This document shows, piece by piece, positions 10,201 to 19,200 of a DNA stretch of 20,000 nucleotides. Origin of the DNA: an uncultured virus (IMG/VR IMGVR_UViG_3300025771_003046) (lineage: Duplodnaviria; Heunggongvirae; Uroviricota; Caudoviricetes); the IMG/VR virus record IMGVR_UViG_3300025771_003046; one strand, written 5' to 3'. The position numbers and the translations under genes were made by a program. Positions within the stretch are counted from its first letter, which is position 1. The number at the start of each line of letters is the position of its first letter. Under the pieces are notes generated by a model. It saw only the letters and a list, made by a program, of their open reading frames with translations, did no database searches and was not told the DNA's origin.

Positions 10201-13200
10201 GTTGACGGCAACTTTCAAGTTGGCACAAGCAGATTTAATGTAGAAGCAACTACCGGTAACACACAAATTGATGGAACTCTTACAGCAGACGGATTAACTA
10301 CACTTAATGGTGGTATTACAGCAGACGGTGGTGTGTTTACCGTAGCAGATGGTACTGGTAATATTGCTACAAGTGGCACGTTAAATGTAACAGGCGACAC
10401 AACTTTAAGTACACTAACTGCAACAAGTGATGTAACAGTTCAAGGTGATTTAACAGTTGAAGGTAACTTAACTACTGTTAATGCTACAGAAATAAATGTA
10501 TCTGATAAGAATATTACACTAGGCGGCACAACTACAACATTGAGTGCGCTAAACAATAGTGGAATTACTATAGGTGGAACATTAGGAGCAGGATCAAATC
10601 CTGCACTAACTTATACATACACTGGTGTTTCTCCAAATCAGGTAGAAAGATTTAATTTAAATAGAGAATTAATCGTTGATAAGGTACACGGTGATATAAA
10701 AGGTAATGTTTATGCATCAGATGATACAAGTATTATTTTAAATGCAGGTACTAATGGCAACGATGCAATATTCAAAGGTGACGTTTATAGTACAACTGAT
10801 ACATTAATTATAGACAGTGGTGCAAGTATAGACGATGCAACATTCTATGGAAATATAGATCTTAGAACAGAAACAAATTACGGAAATACTCCAAGCACAG
10901 GTACTACTTCATACTTTAACAATTTAGATGTTGCCGGTACACTATCGATGGCAAATGCTTCAATAGGCACACTGTCTGGTAACTTAGTTGGAGATATATA
11001 TGCATCTAACGGAACAAGTTTAATATTAGACAATGGTACTAATGGAACAGACGCATCATTCCAGGGTAGTATTAAAAATGACAACGGAACAGTAATTATT
11101 CAAAATGGTTCGACAGGAGTTGCAGCAACATTTACTGGTAAATTAGTAGGTGATGTAGATAGTAGCGGCATATCTTATTTTAACAATATGTATGCTAACG
11201 TTATTAATGCATTCTTAGACGGTGACATTTCGGGTAGTGTACTAGGCGAAGATAGTGTAATGATGCTTGATGCTGGTGCTAGAACACTTAGCGTTACTGA
11301 TGTACAAACAAGTACAATTACTGCATCATCTTATCTATCAGGCGATGTTCGTGGCGATATTTACAACAATAACGGCACCCAAAAAATATTAGAAACAGGA
11401 GGCACAGCAACAGATGCTGCTATCTTTACTGGTAGAGTTGATGCGTCAAATGCAATTAACACAACATCTAATTTTAACAATGTTGACGCAACGGGTATAT
11501 TTACCGGTGTACTAGGCGCAGTAGGTAATACGGCTAATGCATTTGTAAATGATTTAACCGTAGACAGCGTAGCAACATTTACTGGCGTTGTTAATGCTCT
11601 TACTTCAGCTGTTAATATTAATTCTGTAAATATAGATGGCGGAACAATAGACGGAACAGTTATTGGCGCAGCGACTCCAGCAGCAATCACAGGTACAACC
11701 GTAACTGCAAACACAGGATTTGTTGGTAACATTACAGGTAACATCACTGGAGACTTAGACGCAAGAGGTCTAGGCGGTACAACGTTCATTGATGATTTAG
11801 TTATGGGTCCAGGCACAAATGCTGCTATAGATACTGCAACAATTACTACACTTAATGCTTCTACTCTTGTTCTAACAAACTTAGCACTAAGTGGAGATTT
11901 AGACGTACTTACTGGTACAGGTACATTCCAAAACTTAGAAGTTACTGCTGGCGGTAACATTGTAGGACTTGCTACACTAGGTACAAGTGCATCACCAGTA
12001 GCAAGTTCAGTAATTACTACAATTGATGTTAGTGCAGGTGATATAGTTGGCTTGTCTACTCTAGGTACAAGTGCATCACCGGTTATAGCAGCAGACATAG
12101 ACACTGCGGTTATAGATGATGTAACTAGTGTTACAGTAAGGGCTGATAACTTTACTATTACTAACACTGGCGATTCTGCTCATAAGTTTACTGGACCATT
12201 AGAAGGTAATATTACAAGTGCAGGAACAAGCACATTTACCGGCACAGTAAGTTTATCAGGTGCAACTGTTGTACTTGCTGATAATCAACTAAGCGGTGAC
12301 AAAATAGACGGCGGCGTTATAGGCAATGCTGATCTGTTAGGTAATGGAACAAGTAACACAATTAGTGGATACGATATTACAGTAACAGGAGCACTTGACT
12401 TAACTGGAGCAACTGTAACTTATGACAACGATTCGATATCAGGTGATAAAGTATCTGGCGGTACTATTGATGCTGCAAATATAACTGGCGGCGCAGGTAA
12501 AACACTTGACGGATATGATATTACAGTAGGTGCCGGTAGAACATTAACTGTAAATGGATCAACAAGTGTTGCAACATTAGCAGCATCTGCACTTGTAGAA
12601 TTAGACGGCGGTTTTAATGTTAATGACGACTTTGTTGTAGATGTAGACGGTAACACACGCCTTAATGCAGCAGCTAATTTTGAAATTTGGAATGCAGCAG
12701 GAACACCTGTTAAGGTATTTGACATTGTTGGTTCAACAGGTGCAACTACTATTGCAAATACCTTAGATGTTGTTGGTCCAGTATCTATAACAACAGGAAC
12801 AGGAAGTACAAGCACATCTACTGGTTCACTTACTGTTACTGGCGGAGTAGGTATAAGTGAAAATGCATTTGTAGGTGGTGATTTGGATGTTGCAGCAAAT
12901 GCACAACTTAGCGGCACTTTAGATGTTGACGGCGTAACAAATATTAATAACACATTAACTGTAGATTCACTGGCAAGTTTAGACGGCGGCATTGCAGTAT
13001 CAGATGGCGCAGCAGGCGATGCATTTACAGTTGCAGTTACTACAGGTAATGTAGTAACAACAGGTACATTAGATGTAACAGGTTTGTCGTCATTAGATGG
13101 CGGAATCGATGTTAACGGATCTAACTATACAGTATCAGCAGCAGGCGCAGTAACACAAGCAAGTACATTAGATGTAAGTGGAGATGTTACATTATTACAA

Positions 13201-16200
13201 TCTGCAAACTTTGAAATCTTTGATGCAGGTGTCGGTAGTAATTCTACATTCGCTGTTAATGGTGCAGACGGTAACACACAAATAGCAGGTACATTAGGTG
13301 TAGACGGCCTAGCATCGTTAAATGCAAGTTTGACTGTTACTGGACTTACAACAACTGATACAGCAGTAGTTAACAATACACTCAATGTAACTGGTGCAAC
13401 AACGCTAGACGGAACATTTGCTGTACAAAACGCAGGAGCAGACGTATTTACAGTCGCCGATGCAACAGGAAATACAGTAATTTCAGGAACACTTCAAGCA
13501 GGTAATACCACTGTAGCAGACGTAACTGCAACCGGAACTGGAACTATAACTGGTAACTTTGATGTAAACACTACTGCATTTACTGTTGCAGCAGCAACAG
13601 GTAACACTGATATACTTGGCGATTTAGCAGTTAACACAACGGCTCTTACAGTAGCAGCAGCAACAGGTAATACTACAGTAGGTGGAACACTTGATGTAGC
13701 AGGTGATACAAACTTTAACAGTACTACAGGAAGCACATTAAGTACTAATGGTGCAGTAGTAATTGATGGCGGTCTAGGTGTTGCAGAAAATATTAATTTT
13801 GGTGGTGTGTTAAAGACAACGACAGCAACAGCAAGTACAGATACAGTAACAGGATCAATTGTTACCGCAGGCGGCGTTGGTATAGCAGGCGCTTTAAATG
13901 TCGGTGGTGTAACACATATTTCTCAAACAGTAGATGCAACTTCAGCATCTGACGGTGCGTTGTTCGTAGACGGTGGCGTTGGTATTGCTAAGAAACTATT
14001 TGTTGGCACTGATTTAGATGTAACTGGCTCAGTACAAATTGATACAGATCTAAATGTTACTGGAAATACTGTAATAACAGGAAACCTAACAGTCAACGGC
14101 GCAAGCACAACGATTAACGCAGCAACACTAGATGTTGAAGATAAAGATATACGTGTTGCAAGTAATGTAGATACACTACTTGGAGCAAATAATGCAGGCT
14201 TAATAATTGGTAGTACTAATGTTGGTGATGTAGCAAATGGCGGTAATGCAGGCGAAACAAATGTTACATTTACATACAATGCTACAGACGATAGTTTAGA
14301 CAGTAATGTTGATATACAAGCCCCAACATTTATTGGTAATTTAACAGGCGATGTAACAGGAAGTGCAACTATAGGTGTTGGCAAAACTCTTGACGTAGAC
14401 GGAGCATTTAATGTTAATGCAAGTTCTGGTAATTTAGATAATGTAGTAATTGGTGGAGTTACTAGAGCAGATGCAAGTGTACATACGTTAACCACAAGAA
14501 ACATTAATGTAGACTCAGGATACGATGTTACGCTTACAAGTGGAGATGTTACAATTACTGCTGGTGACTTTGTTGCAACAACAGGTAATATTAGTGCAAC
14601 TTCAGGAACTATATCTGGTGATATATTTGTTGCAGGAACAGAATTTAGAGGCGATTTAACAACTGTCGACGGTGGTACTGGTGTTAACTTATTTGAGTCA
14701 ACAGGCGTAGCAGTAAGCACAGGTAACATCACAACTACAACAGGCGACTTTACGAGTACAAGCGGAGACTTTACTACAGGCACAGGAAATATTTCAACAA
14801 GTAGTGGCGATATTACTACTACAACCGGTGATATTAATGGACAAATTATTACCGCTAACACTAAGGTTATAGGACAAATAGGTACTGATGCAAGTACAGC
14901 ATCAGACATGAATGATGCGTTTGTTTCAACACTTTATTCTAATACAACTATAACATCAAGTGGTAATACAGATGTAGGAGGCAATCTTACAGTAACAGGT
15001 ACTTCTAACTTTGACGATGCTGTAACTATTTCAAATAATTTAACAATTACTGGACCAGGAGGCGTTGATGCGCAAGGCGATCCAAATTTATCTACAGCGA
15101 CATTCCAAAACATTGTTGTTACAGGATCATTTACAGTTGATACTCTAACAATTGATGACTTTACGGTTGGTGATGAATTAGCTGTGTTAGGTGATACTAC
15201 GCTATCAGGTAACTTGACAGTTAACAGTGGTGTAACAACATTAAGCTCAGTTGATATTGCAGGCGGCGCAATGGATGGTGTTACAATTGGTGGCGACGGT
15301 GTAACACCTGCTGCAAATATCACAGGCGCTGCGTTAACGGGTACGTCCTTGACTACTACAACAGGTAATGTAACACTAAACAGTGGTAACATAGTTGTTA
15401 CACAGGGTAATATTACAACTACAGCAGGTGAGATAAGATCACCAGTTGGCGGCTTTGTAGGGCAAATTGATGCTACTGCAACAGGTACATCAAGTTTTGA
15501 CAACGTTTTAGTAAATGATGATTTAACTGTAAACGGTAAAGTATTCTCAGTAGCAAGTGCTGCAAGTGGATTTGTTGGAGATTTATATTCTAACAATTCA
15601 GGAGGCACACCAATAAAAATTCTACAAGCAGGTACTACATTAGGCACTGCAATGTATACTGGTAATGTTACTGGTATTGTAGGTGATTCAGCAAACAGAA
15701 ATACTGGTCATTTTAGTACATTAGATGCAACACAATCTAATTTAGCAACTGTTGATATAGATGGTGGTACAATCGACGGAGTTACATTTACAGCAGGTAC
15801 ACTAGTAGACACACCGATTGGACAAACAGGAACACCGCAAAACGCTACAGTAAGTAATCTTGTAAGTAATACAATTAGAGTTAACAGCAGCACTGCAAAT
15901 ACTATAGACGGTGTTACAATTGGTGATACACAGCGTAGACCAGGTAACTTTACTACTTTAGATGCAAACACTAGTATTACAGTAGGTTCAGTAGTAGGTA
16001 GTATAAACTCAACACCGATCGGTGATAGTATTGCATCAACAATAACAGGAACTACAATTACAGCGTCTACAAGATTTGAAGGTGTACTACAAGGCGATAT
16101 ACAATCAACATCGGGTGGTGTTGGATTACCTGCAGGTACATTATTAATAGATTCAAGTACTAGAAATATTTCTAATATTGTCGATTTTACTTCGGAAACT

Positions 16201-19200
16201 GTGGAAGCAACAACCATCACAGCTACCCAAACAACAAACGGTTTCCAAGGTGATTTAACCGGTGATGTAATAGGACAAATTGGTACATCAACACTTGCAG
16301 ATAGAAACAATGCATTCTTCACCAATGTAGACATATTAGGCGATGTTGATATAGATGGCGACATTACACTTGCAGCAACACATTCGATTACTGGTATAAT
16401 AGACGGATTAGCAGGTTCAGATATAACAGGTGCGTTTACACTTGAAACAGGTCAAACAGCAGACTTGTCAGGTGGTACACTAACACTTGCTAATGATCAA
16501 ATTTCAGGTGATGCAATTGAAGGCGGCACAATAGGTAACATTACTATAAGTAATCTTACTTCGCCTAATATAACTATTACTGGCGGGACACTCCAAGGTG
16601 TTGATGCAACAAGTTTTGACATCGACGGCGGCACCATTATTAACACTTCAATTGGACAATCAGGTTCTGCACAGAACATCAAGGGTGCTACAATCGAGTC
16701 TACTACCGGATTTGTAGGACAAATTAATTCTACTGGCGGTGGCGGTGGTACATCAAACTTCGATATAATTACTGTTGCAGGTACAAGTACATTTACAGGA
16801 AATGCAACATTTGGTAATTTAAGCGGTGCGCTTACAGGGTCATTTACTGGCGGCGCAACTATTACAAGTGGTACATTTAGTAATATACAAATTGCAAGTT
16901 CTACACAAATTAATTCTTCAGCATTTATTGGCCCATTATCTGGTGATGTTACCGGCGGCGGCACAGGCACGGTTAGTACCTTTAATAGAATAAACGTACA
17001 AGGTGGTCCAGCAGAAACTTCCCAAATATCAAACTTAACTGTAGGTACGTTTGCAACTAACGCTGCAACAATTACTGGTGGTAATATCACAAACACTACT
17101 ATCGGTGGTGCAACTGGTACAGGTAGTTTCCCAGGATACTTTAGTTTGATAGAAGCAACAGGCGCTATTACAGCAGGAACACAGTTTATAGGAGATATGA
17201 ATAATCCTAATACTGTTAACCAAGATGATTCATCGGCTGACTTTACACAAGGTTATTTTACTGATCTACGAGTTAAGAACTTTGAAACTGATACTATTAT
17301 AATTAACAGTGACCAAGAATTTAGTAATGTTTTGATTACTGGTGATTTAACAGTAAACGAAGATGTGCTAATAAAAGGCGATTTAGAGACTGAACAAAAC
17401 TTTATTACAATTAACAAAAACGAAACAGGTAATGCGGGTATTAGTGGCGCTGGTAACGCAGGTATAATATTTGAACGTGGTAACGGTGTTGGCATACAAG
17501 ATGCAAGTCTTATATTCAGCGAAAGCGGCGGCAATCCTGAATATGAATTTAGTCAATTTAAAGTTGTAGCATCAGAATTTGAAGCACCTTTATTTTCTGG
17601 AAACATTACCGCAGCCTTAGGTACCTCTACATTTAATAATATTACTGTAAATAACTCTGCTAACTTAGGAAACAGCGTTACTATCGCTGGCGGCAATATA
17701 GACAATACTGTAATAGGTAATGGAACTCAAGCAAGCATCGACGGTACAACAATTAAAGCACATGTTGAATTCCAAGGAGACTTAGACACTACTAATGGTG
17801 TTAATGGAAATATTGATACTATCACACTGGATGCAACTGGACTTATTACTGCACGAGCAGGCGTTGATGTAACTGGTGGAACAATTGACGGCGAAGGAAG
17901 ATTTACTACAGGTACAACTATTGACGCTGGTACACATATTAGAAATACACCGATTGGTGTCGATGTAGCCGGTATAAGTGGTAGAGCAGTAGGTTACTTT
18001 AATGCTTTAGAAGCTACTACAATTATTAGTACACTGGGTATAACTGGCAATATTACTGGAGATGTAACAGGTAGTATTGATGATAGAAATACAATCGGTG
18101 AAGTTCCTTTAAATCCGCCTTCATTGACAGAAAACTTAAATATGAATCTATCGCAATTTGACAGAGTAAGTGTACTAGGTCATCTTACAATGGGTACAGA
18201 TACATATATTAAAGCTGTTAACCTAGATGTTTCTGGTATCTTTAATGTTAACGATTTAGATATCGGTGCTACACTTGATGTTGCTGGTAACTTTACTGTA
18301 GGTAGTGGAACACCTAAAAAATTAGATGTCAATGCTGCTACAGGTGCAATGACACATAATGGTGCATTTACAACGTCTGGAACTGCAACATTTGATGGTG
18401 ACATTAATGCAAATGCTAATGTAACAATAGGCAGCGATGCAACAGACGAACTTATTATAAATGCTGTAATCGATAGCGACATATTAACTAAAACTGATGG
18501 CGCTTATGATATTGGTACAGTTTCAACACGTTGGGGACATGTATATGCTGATAATGCAACATTTACAGATGATGTTGCTATAGGTGGAAATTTAACAGTT
18601 ACAGGATCAGTTACCCAGACTAACGTTGACCAAATCAACATTGCAGATAACATAATTGTTCTTAATGGACAAGAATCATCAAATGTAATTTCAGCAAGTA
18701 CTGCTGGTATAGAGATTAGTAGAGGCACCGGAAGTAATGCATCGTTCTTGTATGATGAAGGTTTAAGTTCCTGGACACTTACAGGTGCAACAAGTAAATT
18801 AACTGTTGATGAAGTTAGAGCTGACATTGAAGCCACTGACGGAACAACTATAGTAGATATTTCATCAAAAACAATTGATATGGTTGGTGTTGATACAGAT
18901 ACGTTAACAGTAAATCTAGGTGCAACGATAGGTACAACATTAGCAGTTAGCGGACTATCTACACTTGCACAAGCAAAAGTACAAGACTTAGCACAAGATC
19001 ATATTCCATTAGCAGGACTTGACGGTAGACTTAACACAAATGCAAACTTTAGATTTGACGGTGTTGATTTTGATATAGGTGCTGCTGGTTCAGAAACATT
19101 TAAAGTAGCAGTTGCATCAGGAAACACTGATATACAAGGTACACTTTTTGTAGATAAGCAAACTACAATAAAAGGCAATAATCTAGGTGCAAGTAGTACA

